Below, piece by piece: positions 37,929-51,451 of a stretch of DNA of 64,000 nucleotides. The position numbers and the translations under genes were made by a program. Origin of the DNA: Narcine bancroftii. Its lineage: Eukaryota. Numbering within the stretch: the first letter of the stretch is position 1; every line of letters begins with the position of its first letter. Where the stretch lies: contig NC_091480.1 in the NCBI RefSeq assembly GCF_036971445.1, positions 93,372,001 to 93,436,000 on the forward strand, read 5' to 3'. The notes under the pieces are model-generated. The model saw only the letters and a list, made by a program, of their open reading frames with translations. It searched no databases and was not told the origin of the DNA.

Positions 37929-38130
37929 CCGTGGCTCTCAAACTTTCTTTTCCACACTCACATACTACCTGAAGTAATCCCTTACTAGCCACACAACACT
38001 GAGGGATCCCATAGGTGCTCTGTGGTTAATAAGGGATTACCCCCTCCATAAATCTTCGTCCGCGAAGCCAAGCCAAAGAAAGAAGACTTCTGGTGATATG
38101 TGAGTGGGCAATAAAGGTTGAGAACCACTG
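37929..38130. mobile_element. hAT-type MITE carrying a nested RTE 3' fragment (about 38039-38086)
   Basis: Same family as 58347-58511 (ends GGTTGAGAACCACTG); interrupted after GGGATTAC by CCCCTCCATAAATCTTCGTCCGCGAAGCCAAGCCAAAGAAAGAAGA. Confidence 0.8.
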
Positions 38131-40312
38131 CTCTAGATTCAATAAATAATTGATATATCAAGTTGTGAATCTCAGAATCAACATATCAGTATTTAAAGTT
38201 CCTTTTTGAAGTGATAAGATTCAAAGAGTTTTATTTTGACATTTATTCAATGATTTCTAGGATTGAAACTATACATTTGTGTAGATTGCCAAGAGATCAC
38301 TTGATAATAATTAGATCAGGAAAACAATTTTATACTCTGCACAGTAAACATATATATAACTTGCTCACTACAAGATATTTTGTCTTCCAAAGATCAAGTC
38401 TATTTTGTTTTCAGCCATGGTGACAAATACTTTACATATTAAAATCTTGGCTGACGATAATGTCATCTGGTGCATTGTTCTTCGATCTCGTACTGTCCAA
38501 TGGAATGTTAGCCAATCAATACAGAGGAACGTCTACTGCATTTATCTCCACATCACTCGTTCCCTTGGAAAGTAGGACAAGGAATTACAAAGACAACATT
38601 TAGTGTAAATCCCAACACTGAAAATGCTACATTTGCAGAATTAGAATCAAAATAGTGAATTTACTTATCGTTGCTTTTTCAAAAATGAAAGGCAGCTATT
38701 TAAGTTTAAAATCAATAGTTGCTGGAATGTGCTCACTAATACAATTTTTATCTTTCAATAGAAAGGGCAGACAAAGTTTTTGTTTAACTGTGTGGTTGTC
38801 AAGATTTTATAAACTAGAAAATAGTTACAGTGTAGCAAGGGAACATGGGTTTTTAATAAAATGGGGAGGGAAGAAGTACCAGTAAGTATTCCTAATGAAA
38901 TATATGTTTATAAATCTGACTGGTTGTACCAATTCAGACTTATTTTTCCCCATCTCTCCCCACCCCTCCCCAAAAAAATCTGCCTTTTCCCTCAAATAGA
39001 AAGTTTCAAAATCTATTCTTTTTAAAAAAATATGGTGTCCAAGCCAAAGCACCCAGAATAAAATTATTTCAACTTCTGTATGGTTAAAAGAGATGGTTAT
39101 TTGCATCACAATTGCTCGTGACCTCTGACTGAGTGGAAGCCTGAAACTACCAGCATTATGGGGCAGAATAAATTAAAAATCCATCATCTCCTATTTTTCA
39201 GTATTGTAATGAATTTTCCCCATGTGTACTTCCACTATGAATTAATTAACAAGAGAGAATTTAACCCTAGTTTGATATTAGAATGATTAATATTCAAATC
39301 CCTAAATAGCCCCTCGGAATAGAAAATTGCCAGAATGCAAATCAATGGTAATCCGTGAAAGCCAGGAATTCCTTCAGCACATGAATTTTAAGGCTGTACA
39401 TTGCAGAATTCGCTGAAAAAGGGTGAACCCCTAGATTCAAATATATGAACGAGCTTTGAAAAAAAAACTAATCTGCCGTTCACAGTCCACACTGCTGTTC
39501 TAAAATTCTGCAATCAACTTTCTTCACAATAAATCTGATTTTTAATCATTCTCTCTCTCTCTCATTGTAACTCTGTATATGGATATTTACTTGTCAGCTA
39601 TTTGAGAAGGAGTTACTTCTGAAGATAATTATGAATATTAAAATCCGGTATATTCTTAGATAGCCAAGATGCGTGCTAAAAAAAAAATTGCATCAGTTCC
39701 ATTTTAAATTTTGGTAAAGGTATGGACAAGAATTAAAGGGCAAGATTTTCATTGCAGTAGAGGAGTGGAGGAGAGATGGAGGCAGTCGCTGTATTCTGCT
39801 TCACACCATCCAAAAAATAGATCCTACATCAAACTTTGGGTGTGAGTCTACATCCTTATCACTCTGTAACAAACTGAAGTTATCTCTAATATGGAACTTC
39901 ATCTGCTAACCCTCAAGAACCCATAGAGTTAACTTTCCACATATTAAGCAATACAATGAAAACCACAGTAGGTGGGAAAGAAAAGGGGGAAAAAAAGAAG
40001 AATGCAGAATATTGTTAAAGAGCAAACATTTCCTTTTGAGAGTTTGTCTGCTTGTAAGCAATTGTAGACGGACAAATTTAATTTACTCAACTGAATTCCA
40101 ATTATTAGATGAAATTGAAGCAGAAATTCAATATTGGGATTAGTGTATTATTCTGGGACAACTAATACCAATAGCTTTTGTAAGTTGTTCTCAGAAAATG
40201 AAAGAATCAACAAAGTACAATGAAAGAACCAATAGACACTTTCAAATATCTTTGGTAACATCAGTAATAAGTGCATCATCCAAATAGGTCTTAAAACAAC
40301 GCGATCTTTGTG

Positions 40313-41894
40313 TCAGCTCATTTGATTGTGCCCTTCTTTGTTGATCCAATCTACTTCAGATTTGTCTTTTAAAACAGAGTACAACTGGGTCTCATACTCT
40401 GCATCTTCCATATTGACACACGTCTTTCTCAAGAGTTCTACGTCAACGGTTTGGTCTTTGGTAACGATTTGCATGATGTCATATTGTGCAGGTAACTGAA
40501 TATCCCACTCAGATTCTGATGAAAATGTGTCCGTTTGTAATGTATAATTTTTAAAGGCAAGATGGGAGAAGTTGACAGAATTTTTACATCCATTTACATC
40601 TGTTTGAGAATCAATTTTTGAATATTGAGATGGGTCATATCCGAGAGATCTTTTGGTGTTATTGGTAGTAAGCTGTGTTGCAGAGTTTGCTGCCTCTGTT
40701 CCAAGATTAATTTCCTCATTTGCGTTTTGAAGTTTTGCTTCATCCGTAAGCACAATTTCATTAAGGACTACTTTATTGCTTTGAGATGCAAAATCTTCTG
40801 TGTTGGGAGCAGGTGACAGTAGCCCTCTACTCGCCTCAATTCTTGCACTGTTTATAGTCATTTCCAGTTGCTCGTTCTGAATCAAAGCAGTTTCATTCAT
40901 TTGAATTTCTTCACTTACTTCTTGATTATCTGCAGTTGTAGTTTTTGGTAAATAGTTTGGTTTCTCCTCACAATTCCAAACAAGTCTTGGAGGATTCACC
41001 AAGTTTCTACAATCATTCTTACTTTGCAAGTTTTCCAGACCTTCTTTAATATTCAAAGATTTGTCCAAGTAAAGGTGAGATGACAAGTCAAAATGCTCCC
41101 CAATGGAGAATTTCATGGAATCTGGAACAGAAAATATTTTTTGTTCCAAACAAGTAGAAGCCAAACTTTTGTCCTGATCTGATAAATAAAATAGTTCTGT
41201 ATGTGGTTGGGAAATATATTCACCAAAATTCTCAGCAGGAGAATTGTTACCTTTAAAGAAAGTAAAATAATCACCCGCATCATCCATCTTGGCTCTTGGC
41301 CTCCTCTCATTTTGTGAACTCGCATCATCGGAGCGCTTGCGTTTTTTGAAACTGCATTTATTATCAATTATCAATGCATCACAATCAACCTTCTGGAATT
41401 GAGGGAAAGCATTCATATAACTTAAAGTTTGTTCAGAAGCAGAGCTCATATGTGCTTGTTTTTCTTGATGGAAGATTTCCACAATTCCTTCTTTGTTAGC
41501 ATCAGGTGAAACTTCCTGCGTACAAGTATTTAATCTCTGGCATGCTGCTTTCTCCGCTGTACTGAAATCCAATAATTTATGCTTAGAACACACATCTATT
41601 CTATTTGCAGAACTTATAGATGCCAGGTTGTGATCCAGCTGAATGAGATTATGTTTCAATGCTTCTAGGTTTGGCTCTGCCTTCATTTTGTCAAGTGTCA
41701 CGTGATGCAGCTTTGAATTCACTCCAATCTTTTCAACTGGTTCCAGATGTTTTAAAGAAAAAATCATCACTTGACTTTCAGCCACAGAATGAGCTTGTTT
41801 TTCATCCCCATGAGCAAGATTATTAACAACCTGCAACGAGTCCACATACTCCTTGGATAGTGAAATCCCAGGACTTGAAGTGGTCTTGGCGGAT
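40313..41894 (-). CDS. DBF4B: DBF4B last coding exon (long, low-conservation C-terminal region)
   Basis: ttttcattcag|A TCC GCC AAG...; 1582 nt; phase 2 matches the preceding exon; contains the 510-aa ORF ending in TGA at 40313. Confidence 0.88.
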
Positions 41895-42849
41895 CTGAAT
41901 GAAAAGCATCAAAAATAAGTAAAATGTCAAGAAAAATTCAAATAGAACTGGAATCTTTCCATTTTTTTTAAATTATAAAAATTGAAGAGAGAAAATGATA
42001 AATTTTCTGAGCTATGAAAACAAATTAGATCAAGATTGCACTGACATCCACCTGGGATCCTTGTGAAGAACTGTTAGCAGGGACCTGTCCAGGTGTGCAC
42101 GTTAATGCAAAAGCACTCAATGTGGGGAGCACTGTATCTGGCCCTTTAGATTTGTGTTAGCCACAGATAACATATCTAATGCAGCCACATTCTTCTGAAT
42201 GTTTATTTTTTTTATTTGTATTTATTATTTTAAATTATTCAAAAGATTATCAACAGTGGAAATGGTGTTTGACAGCACGAACTATCAGAAAAGGATGAGG
42301 ATGGTTTGTGGGAAAGGGGCTTAATTCAGCCTCCTGAGCCTAGTCCATTCACAGACCACTCTGCTTCATGGAACAGTCACAGCAGTTCAAAGTCGTACAG
42401 TTGTCAAAAGGTATATACAAGATGATCTTGCCACGTGTCAAGGAAAGGACATCAGGGTCCAAACTGAGTAATTAAAGTATTTCAGACTTTTAGTGTTGAG
42501 TTTAAAAAATAGTAGTAATTAAAAAGCACTTGGCTACTGTCCTTAATTTGGCTTTAAGATTAGAAATTTTAAGTCCTCTCATAGAAATACATGTATATTA
42601 CAGCACAGAATACATTGTTCAGCCCCACAAATCTCTGTAACTGCATTTATCTTCATGTGATTCAGGAACTCTAATCATCTTTTTCCCTGTCCTTTGTTTT
42701 CAAGCCATCATCCTCCCAATCATTGTTAATCAAAGCTGCCCTTTCTTTCCAGCAGAATTTAGAGTATAGCTCTGTTTCTCACAATTCCCTATTTGCGTCC
42801 TTTAAATTGTAGCCTACTTATTGCGGGTCATACTTTGGAACTATAAACA

Positions 42850-43150
42850 CAAGAGCTCGAGAGCATGAAACAGGTCTTTCAGTCCAACTGACAAATCTAA
42901 GGTCATTTGCCTGTGTTTCGCTTATATCTCTCTTAAACCTTTGCGATCCATCTTCCTTTCTAAATGTCTTCCAAACTTTACCATTGTCCTCGCCTCTATA
43001 CCTCCTCTGGCTGCTCGTTCCACATACCCACCACCCTTTCCATCTGGAGAAAGTGCCCCTTGGCAACACCTTTAAATCTGTCTCCCTCACCATAAATCTA
43101 TGCCCTCTAGTTTTAAATTCCCCTACCTTGGAAAAGCGACTGCAACTGTT
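42850..43150 (-). mobile_element. CR1 LINE 3' end fragment
   Basis: Reverse strand KTRGHRF...RGTFSRWKGWWVCGT, the same 3' family as 17350-17612. Confidence 0.7.
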
Positions 43151-43500
43151 TACCTCATTATTGCCCCCATGATTTTATTAATGCCTACAAAAAGTCAATA
43201 TAACATTAATAATTTAAGGTTGGCCAAAGTATATATTTAAGAATCTTTTATGGTTATGGCAGAAATATTAATCACTCTATACAAAATATTAAATTAACTC
43301 CAGAATCTTGTTTCCTACCTTTGAAGGTTTAACAGTAGGAGCTGTATTTTATAAATAAGGCAAAGAAACAAAGCGTATATTTCAGTGAATGATGTGGGGG
43401 GGGGGCTTCTGTTTAATGTACTGCAAGAATATTTTGAAGGACAGTGTATGCTTTTGACAAAAATATTCTAAAAGCAATAAATGTATCAGAAGACTTTTAC

Positions 43501-43625
43501 CGCTTCAAGATCCCATTGCTTTGGCACTCAACAAACTCATTTTCTAATTGAGACATAATTTTATCGAGGGCAGTGAAGTGAGAGGGGTTAATGGCGAAAT
43601 CCTGATGCCGCTTTGAATGAAGATG
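43501..43625 (-). CDS. DBF4B: DBF4B exon (motif C zinc finger, second half)
   Basis: ttattgcag|HLHSKRHQDFAINPSHFTALDKIMSQLENEFVECQSNGILK(R)|gtaaaa; 125 nt. Confidence 0.93.
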
Positions 43626-45912
43626 CTGCAATAAAAAAAGGGGAAATTAAACACTTCGTCATCTCAAAGTTATCCTACAATTCATGAAGATCCCAACAAA
43701 GTTTCAATTAATGTATTAATGTGATTTTTAGTTGGTACCAACGGATTAACTAAATAATGCCACAGACTAAAGAGTCTGCTGTCTGTGTCTTTACCATGTG
43801 CCTATACTCATTGGATGCACATGTTGAGGACTTGCATCTCTGCCTTGGAGTAATCCAGTCTCTGGTCAAGAGGCCCTCACGGTGAATGATGTTGGAATAT
43901 GAAATCTCTATTCAGAAAGCTTTAATAGCTGGAACAGCACTGACCTAGTTTTGTTGGCTGTCAAAGCTATGAAGTTCTTGAGATAACTGTTAAATGACTA
44001 GCATTCACAGACTTATAAAAACTATTAGAAATTAAGTTACTAATGTAAACAATTTTAAAGATTATGAAAAAAATAGGTTTAAAAAACCAAGTTAATCCAA
44101 AGTAATTTTTTTTAAAAAACTTTTCTTGTAAGAGCAGTCCTACAGTCCCTACTGAAATCATTGCATGTCTAATAATCCTTCAGAATGAATGTGATCCAGG
44201 ATGTTTAAAATTTAGATAAGAGTACAGTAACAGGTCCTTTTGGCCACAAACCCATTTTAATTAATTAACCTACAACTCTGTATGTCTTTGGAATGTGGGA
44301 GGAAAGTGGAGCACCCAGAGGAAACCCATGTGGTTACAAGGAGAACGGACAAACTACTTTCACTCAGTGACAGGCTCGAACCCAAGTAGAGTTGCATAAA
44401 CCGCTATGCTAACTCTGCTGCCCTGATGTGAGGAGATTCCCTGGTTTAAACAGTGGGAATCTCAGCAAAATGAGGTATAAACACAATGATGGAGAAAACC
44501 AGCAGGTCAAACAGCGTACTTTATGTACCAAAGATGAAGATACATAACCAACGTTTTGTGCTTGAGCCCATTAACGAGGTATTCTGTGTTGGTCAATCAA
44601 TGGGAGGCTTCTGTACGTATGATGCCAAGTGCAGAAGGTCCAGACTTACTTCCAGAGCTCTCAAGATCCAACCTACTGGATTTTTCTAATTTTAATGTCT
44701 CTGTTGTAAAATAATTTACCAAGTCCATTTATATTTGAACATTTAAGTAGAGAACAGCTAAAAGTATAATCACAGCTACCATTCATTTTTCTTGGCTCAT
44801 GCATTACAATCCCAACAACTTGTGATTCATCTCTGAAAATATCTTTCAGACTTCCTTAATTTTGTTGGCTTAATTCTCAAGAAAAATTACGTAAGAACAT
44901 GATGATTTGGCTTTTACCATCTCACGATGTCCAGGACAGCAATGAGGCTTGTGTAGATGAGCTAAAACATGTGCAGTAGTTTATATGTTTAGAAGTTGAA
45001 TCTAAACAGCAAAGTAGGGTGAAGTTCAGGCTAATATGGACATACTTTCCAAATGCCCCTGCGACTCCGGCTAATGACTAACCAAAATGATCTGACTTTC
45101 AGCAAAAAGATACAATCTGGGCGGAATGTCTTTTTGAAGTTCCGATAAATACGTACAAGATTTGTTTTCAACAGCAAATCACCACAGGTGCATGAATCGC
45201 TTCCAATTAAGCTTGTGCGTCCTGAAGTAGCTTCAAAAAACATATGCGGAGACCTAGTTTTTGTCCTACAAGTGATGGACACCGAACAGGTGGGCAAGAA
45301 GTGGAGGCAGTACAAAAAAGCCCATAGAGGCAATAGCAAGTGGGCTACTCCTAGTTTTCGGATTGCATTTATTAAATTTAGACATACAGCACAGCAACAG
45401 GAGTTCATGATATTTTGGATTAACAACAGTTTACCTCAGTACAACAATGTCAACTGATGGATCATTAAGCTGGTTATTTGCTGTCTAAATGGGAGCATAG
45501 TAGACCAGTTCGGATGCAAAAGCTCGATAGAAGCAGAAAGAGTTGTGCAGTGAATTATAGGAAATCTATTTACCATTGGCAGAGACACAACTCCAAAATC
45601 TCTATTTGGGTAAAAAATGGCATTTTTGCTAAACACAATTTCTACAGCAACAACAAGAAAATTCCTTTCATTTAAGTGATAGATGTACATATTTTCCCCC
45701 AACTAGGCCTAGCATTAAAGAGAAATTCCAAATATTGATCTAAAGAAAACATTATTTACGAATGTGCTTATGGAACCTGACAAACTGTACAATGAATGAT
45801 GTCTTTACAAAAACTCTAACAGTTCATTACAAAAGGAACATAATGTCAAATGTATAATCAACAGGAACATGGCTACTTTTTAAAGTTCTATTCTAAAACA
45901 TTATACACTTAC

Positions 45913-46039
45913 TGTAAAAAGATCATAAAATTTCTCATGGCAACATTCACAGAAGCGATGTCGTCTTCTTTCTACATGTAATTCTGCTGGTTTTGTGAGG
46001 GTTTCTACATCCCCCTCACTATCAGTCATTCTACAGACC
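45913..46039 (-). CDS. DBF4B: DBF4B exon (motif C zinc finger, first half)
   Basis: gaacag|G VCRMTDSEGDVETLTKPAELHVERRRHRFCECCHEKFYDLFT|gtaagt; 127 nt. Confidence 0.92.
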
Positions 46040-47303
46040 CTGTTCAACGGAAAGAATGCATTTGTCATTTACACATTTACAAAATGATGACTTCACAGAC
46101 ACCTTGAGGCACTAGGACTGGGAAAACATCTCACAAACAAATGAGAAAAATATTCTGAAAACAACATGTCAACATCTATCACAATCGTTAAATACTTCAG
46201 GAATCCTTCCAATAACTCCTCAAAAGGTCATTATTCTGATGGCAGTGGAAACAGTAAAGTGCTATATAGTTAAATCTAACAGCCCCAAATGACCTGCATT
46301 AAAATACAAATGTGAGATGACTGAAACTTTAATGACACCTTATATTAACTTAAGTTTTCAATGCTCTTATTTTTGAATTAATCACTCAATAAAAACCGCA
46401 ATCAAAAATTCAAAGGCACTATAATGACAGAATTCCACATCATCATGGATAATTGATTAAAAATTTAAATGCATCTGTCACACACACGAGCAGGAAAAGG
46501 AGGTCAGAGGATGGCTATCTTGTGATGAATGACTCATCTCCTCATTGCCCTCTATTTACAAGTCATCCATTACCAGGAGGAGTACAGCTGCCATGACACT
46601 CAAGCAGCTCGACACAATCCAGGACAGAGCAGTGTACTAAACTGGCATTCCATTCATAACAACTCACTGGTACCTGCGGTGTGCTCTATTCACAGAATGC
46701 ACTGCAGCAATTTGTCAAGTTGACTCTGATGTCCTCTCCCCATTAAGCAACCTTTGCCTCAGAGGACAAAGAGTGGAAGCTCATGGGATCGCCATCAGCT
46801 GCAAACTCCCTCCAAGTCACCCACCATCCTGACCTGGAAATGTATTAACATTCCTTTGCTATCATTGGGAAGTAATTTTGAAACTTCCTACCAAATAGCA
46901 CTGTGAGAATACCTTGCAGGACACAAACGTGCGAGAGGAACTCAGGAGGTCATGCAGCAGGCACAGGAAACAAAAGGTGACCAATGTTTCGGGCCTGGAC
47001 CCTTCGTCGGGTATACATGAAGGACTGTTCATTACCCTTTACTTTCTATGGATGCTGAGTTTCTCCAGCTCATTTGCACGCAAGCCCAGTATTTGCAGTT
47101 TCTTGTTTAACTCTTGTGAGCGTACCTTAACCACAAAAGATGCAGTAGTTCATTAAAAAGCGCATCACAATCTCAACATCAGTTGGAAATGGACAATAAA
47201 TACTGATCCAAAAAGATCCCATAAGTAAAATAAATGCCTTGAGTTAATGTTCAAAACAAAAAGGTTCATACAAAATCATAGTAATTTCCATAAAACATTT
47301 TAC

Positions 47304-47438
47304 CCAAATCTGTTCTTTTCTTCCTCCTGAGATGCACTTCTCAATATCTTCAGATGTTCAAATGCACTAAATCTTTTATGTGATTTGTAGTTCAGTTCAG
47401 GATAGTTGACAAACTGGTGGTAAAGGGGTTTAAAATTC
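47304..47438 (-). CDS. DBF4B: DBF4B exon (motif M, second part)
   Basis: tatacag|G NFKPLYHQFVNYPELNYKSHKRFSAFEHLKILRSASQEEEKNRF GG|gtaaaa; 135 nt. Confidence 0.9.
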
Positions 47439-47728
47439 CTGTATACACATAATTTGCAAAATTTTTTTAAAAATGTTGTCGTTTAAGCTGCAAAATTTTA
47501 CACTGATTTTGCAGAGAATATCTGAACTTTATGCATTTAATGTTTCTTCATTCAGTGATCAACTAATTGGGTAGTACAGTATACAGAGTTGGTCCCTCTC
47601 AACTCCAATGACCCAGTTTCAATCCTGACATCTGGTACTGTGAATAGTTTTAATATTCTCACTGCCAGGGTTTCCTCTCATACCCCAGATTTGTGCAGAT
47701 AGGTAGGTGAATAGGCCACTGCAAATTA

Positions 47729-48540
47729 CCATATTTGATGGCATACAAGACCCATTTCCCCCCCCACCCCCCCCCCCCCCCCCAAAAATGGCTTAAAAAT
47801 ATTCCTGGTTCTCATTTGCGAAGTTGAGATCTATCTGGTAGCTTAATGTTCACTCAGAAGCTGTAGTCTACCAGTACTTGTACCTCGCCCAACTCCATAA
47901 TACTGTAATATTATTTACTCAAATATAATCATCATTTTTATTTTTATTATTACTACTACGGGTACCTTAATTAAATAAAGGAATTATCGTAAAAATTAAA
48001 GCTGGATGTTCTGAGATGAACATCTTCATTTGGGATCCCTGTCATCTATCATGTCGTACTGAAAACTCCTAGTCATGCTCACGGGGTGCTGTCATTTTGG
48101 GTATTTGGTGTTTATCACAATAAGAGCATCTTAGTACAACGAGCAACATCACAACAACTAACACCAACGGAAATACAAATGCACAGTGGTAACAATGGAA
48201 GATTGTCCCCTCTAGACGGCTACAGGAGGAAAGTGGCTGAAAGCTATACTATTGGATACAAACTAAAAGTGGCACACAGTACTAAGGAGCATGGTAAAAG
48301 AATGGCAGTGAGAGTTTTGGGGGCAAGAAAAATGATACAAGAATGGAGAAAGCAAGAACCACAGCTGGAGACTGCTAAAAAAGTGTAAATTATTTATTAT
48401 TAAAAAGACTTTTGCTGTTGTCCGAGTTGCATGTTTGGTCCATGTTTTTTTTTCTGCTATACTGTAACATTTTTCAATAAATACGCTAAAATAAATTCTT
48501 AATAGGGTGGGGGGGGTTCCTTTTAAGTCATCATATATGG
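47729..48540 (+). mobile_element. pogo/Tigger-family non-autonomous transposon nested in a tRNA-SINE
   Basis: TA|CCATATTTGATGGCATACAAG ... CTTTTAAGTCATCATATATGG|TA inverted ends; interior ORF ESYTIGYKLKVAHSTKEHGKRMAVRVLGARKMIQEWRKQ resembles the Brinker-type HTH of pogo transposases; the SINE resumes across the TA (GCAAATTA|CCCCTTG). Confidence 0.8.
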
Positions 48541-48889
48541 TACCCCTTGTGTTTAAAGGAATGGTAGAATCTGATGGGAATATGGAGAATATAAAATGGA
48601 ATTGGTCTACACGAGTGTTTGATGATTGATATGAACTCAGTTGGCTGAAAGGCCCGTTTCTATAATGTGTAATTCTATAACTGTTGTTATCATAGCAAAA
48701 AGCAATGATAAATGTTCAGTGAAATATTCCGATATGAAATATTTCTATATATGGATATTACATTCACGATACCAGATCATCTGATCACATTCTGACAATT
48801 CTGAAAGCCCAAATGTTCAATATTCAAGATCTAAACAAATTTTTACAAATCATGCCACAGTCCCAGTTTGAAGATAAAAGCTGACTTAC

Positions 48890-48935
48890 CGACTGGAATC
48901 TTCAATTTTAAGAAAAGGCGGTTTTAGTTTCCCCA
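48890..48935 (-). CDS. DBF4B: DBF4B exon (motif M, first part)
   Basis: ttgtgcag|TG GKLKPPFLKIEDSS CG|gtaagt; 46 nt; compare DBF4B VARLKAPFLKIEDESR. Confidence 0.93.
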
Positions 48936-49091
48936 CTGCACAATTAAAGAATAATAGAGAATCAAGCAATATACAGAACATTTAAAGGTTACAACATTAA
49001 CAATGGATTTTTCTCTAATTCGTAGAATCAATTCCAAACCAAGAGAACTGTGATTCACTGTTGATGAATTTAAAAGTGACTCCAGCCACTT

Positions 49092-49264
49092 TTAACCTTT
49101 CATAATAAATAATAAACTCTGGGACCATGGATAAAGTATGAAAGGTTCAAAAATCAGTATGAACCAGCTGGTGGTTGGGTATAAAACTAGTCCTAGAAAA
49201 TAGGGACATGGAGTATATGCACTTGTTGGCAGCCCATGAAAATAGGGGCATGGAGCCCAAAGGG
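49092..49264 (-). mobile_element. Degenerate copy of the TTAA (piggyBac-type) MITE at 57330-57514
   Basis: Reverse-complement similarity (CAGTATGAACCAGCTGGTGGTTGGGTATAAAA...CATGGAG...GAGCCCAAAGGG). Confidence 0.6.
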
Positions 49265-50392
49265 CTGTGTTGAGAGGGGTATCCAAATGATGAGTACTTC
49301 GACTCAGAGTACTATGTACCAACTATATCGGTTATTTGGCCTGAGGGGAAGAAATGTCAAGGTTTTCTGATGACCCTTAATGAGATGATATTGTGAGTAT
49401 GGAAGAGGATTTAAAGAGGATTCAAGGGGAATAGTCATGGATTTATACAAGAACACAGGCCTCTCAGCCCACCATGTTCACACGAACACATGATTAAACT
49501 GTATTAATCCCATCTTCCAGCACATGGCCTTGTCTTCCTTGCTCAGGCAATTCGGTCCTTTCAGTAACTCTGCTAGGCAGGCAGTGTATTTCAGGTACTC
49601 ATCACTCTCTGGATGGAAAAAAGACCACCTCACAGACCCTCTAAATCTCTTACCCCAAATCTATATCCTTTAGTTTTATCTATCTCTAATATAGTGAAAG
49701 GTTTCCTGCAGCCTCTCCATATTAACAGTCTTCAACCAGGTCACCTCTTAACCTCCTCCACTTCTTGAAAAAGATACATAGCACTCTCCAATCTTTCCTT
49801 AATTCATCCCATGCACAAACTCTATCAGTTGTTTGGCTGTGGGGATCCCGTTCCTGGTGAATCTCCTCAGGATCAAGAGTACCTGAATGAGTGGCTGATA
49901 TAATATACAATAGAAAAATAGGAGGTTATCCACTTTGGTGCACATAGCAGAAAAGTTGAAACCTGAATAGTAAATATTTGCTGCCCTCTTTCTCTGCCCA
50001 AATGTTCTTTCTTAGGTGAAGAGACGAAAATTGTGCACAAAACCTCAGGTGCAGATTTTTCAAAGCCCCAACATAATTTCCTTACCCATGCACATCAAAT
50101 ATTCTCACAATAAAGACTAACATACCTTCTCCCCAGACAGGCCTTTAGAGAAACTTGTATGCGAGCACATTAGGGGGTCTTTGAACATCAATACTATCCA
50201 ATCCCTTCAATACTATCCATCACTCTTTAATACTCTGGTTTTCTGTGATGTGCAACAAAATGGATGACTTCACATTTTGCTTGCTAAAGAAAACAAAGGA
50301 GTCAATACTGTCCATGTCACTAAATTGACAAACTATTTGATTACCAGCAATAAAAATTTCAATAAAAAAATGTAATCTGTATAATAACTGAC

Positions 50393-50435
50393 CTTTAGTA
50401 CTCTTGTAAATGGAAGGAATTGAACATCCAGTGTT
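50393..50435 (-). CDS. DBF4B: DBF4B small linker exon (predicted)
   Basis: atttttcag|NTGCSIPSIYKSTK G|gtcagt; 43 nt; supplies the phase 0 to 1 shift needed between the flanking exons. Confidence 0.75.
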
Positions 50436-51451
50436 CTGAAAAATATCCCAAAAATATGTTGAGATCAATGAAATTTTAAACACATTATTGCCTCATTGAA
50501 ATACAGCACTCTGATGGATATTGTTGAGAGCATTAAATTGGTCTTAGTGGATTTAAATATTTGCTTTCAGTGCAGCAAGAGATTTGTAACAGGAGCAATG
50601 GATTTAATACAACTCTTAATGTTAATAACTGTACTGATGTTCATCTTTCTCTTTGCAATTTCACTGATTGCATGGTGTTAATTACACTGTACCTTTGGAC
50701 AGATAAACATTGAACTGAGCTGAAGCAAATGCATTAAATAATAATGATTATATTCATTCAAGTTGTTAAAGTGTGAACATCAACAGCAAAACTATTTGCT
50801 CTCAAGTTTTAATTTTAAATGTTTATTAAATTAAATCAATGGTTAGTGTAGTTGTTATGGCGATAGGGATCAGGACAAGGGTTTGAATCCCGTGCAGAGT
50901 GTAAAGAGTTTGTATATTCTCCCCAATTTCTGCGGGTTTCCTCCAGGTGCTCAGGTTTCCTCCCACCATTCAAAAAACGTACTAGGGGTTGTAGGCTAAT
51001 TGGGTGCATTTAGGGTAGCTCAGGCACATGGACCGAAAGGGCTTGTTATCGTGCTGTAGGTCTAAAAATTTTAAATTTAAAATGAAAACAATTATGTTGT
51101 TACATCACTTGGAGAAGTAGGGCTCTTGTAACCAAATAATAGAGGCAAACTTTTAATCAGTATAATTAATATTTGTGCAGCTCTAATGATGTAACATCCC
51201 AGAATCTCATAACTTAGAGATACACTATAACAACGGTACTAATGAACAGCTATATTCCACATCACCAATAAAACCAGTCTTAAATCACAGTTGACAATGC
51301 ATTGGAATATTCTTTTTGAAACTTCACAGAGAAGTACAAATAGCAGAGGATATAACAGGTCAATTAGATTATGTTGAAGTATCCTTGATTGCTTGTCCAT
51401 ATCAGTTAAACCACAGCCTCATCGCACATCAGGATAAAAAATACAACTTAC

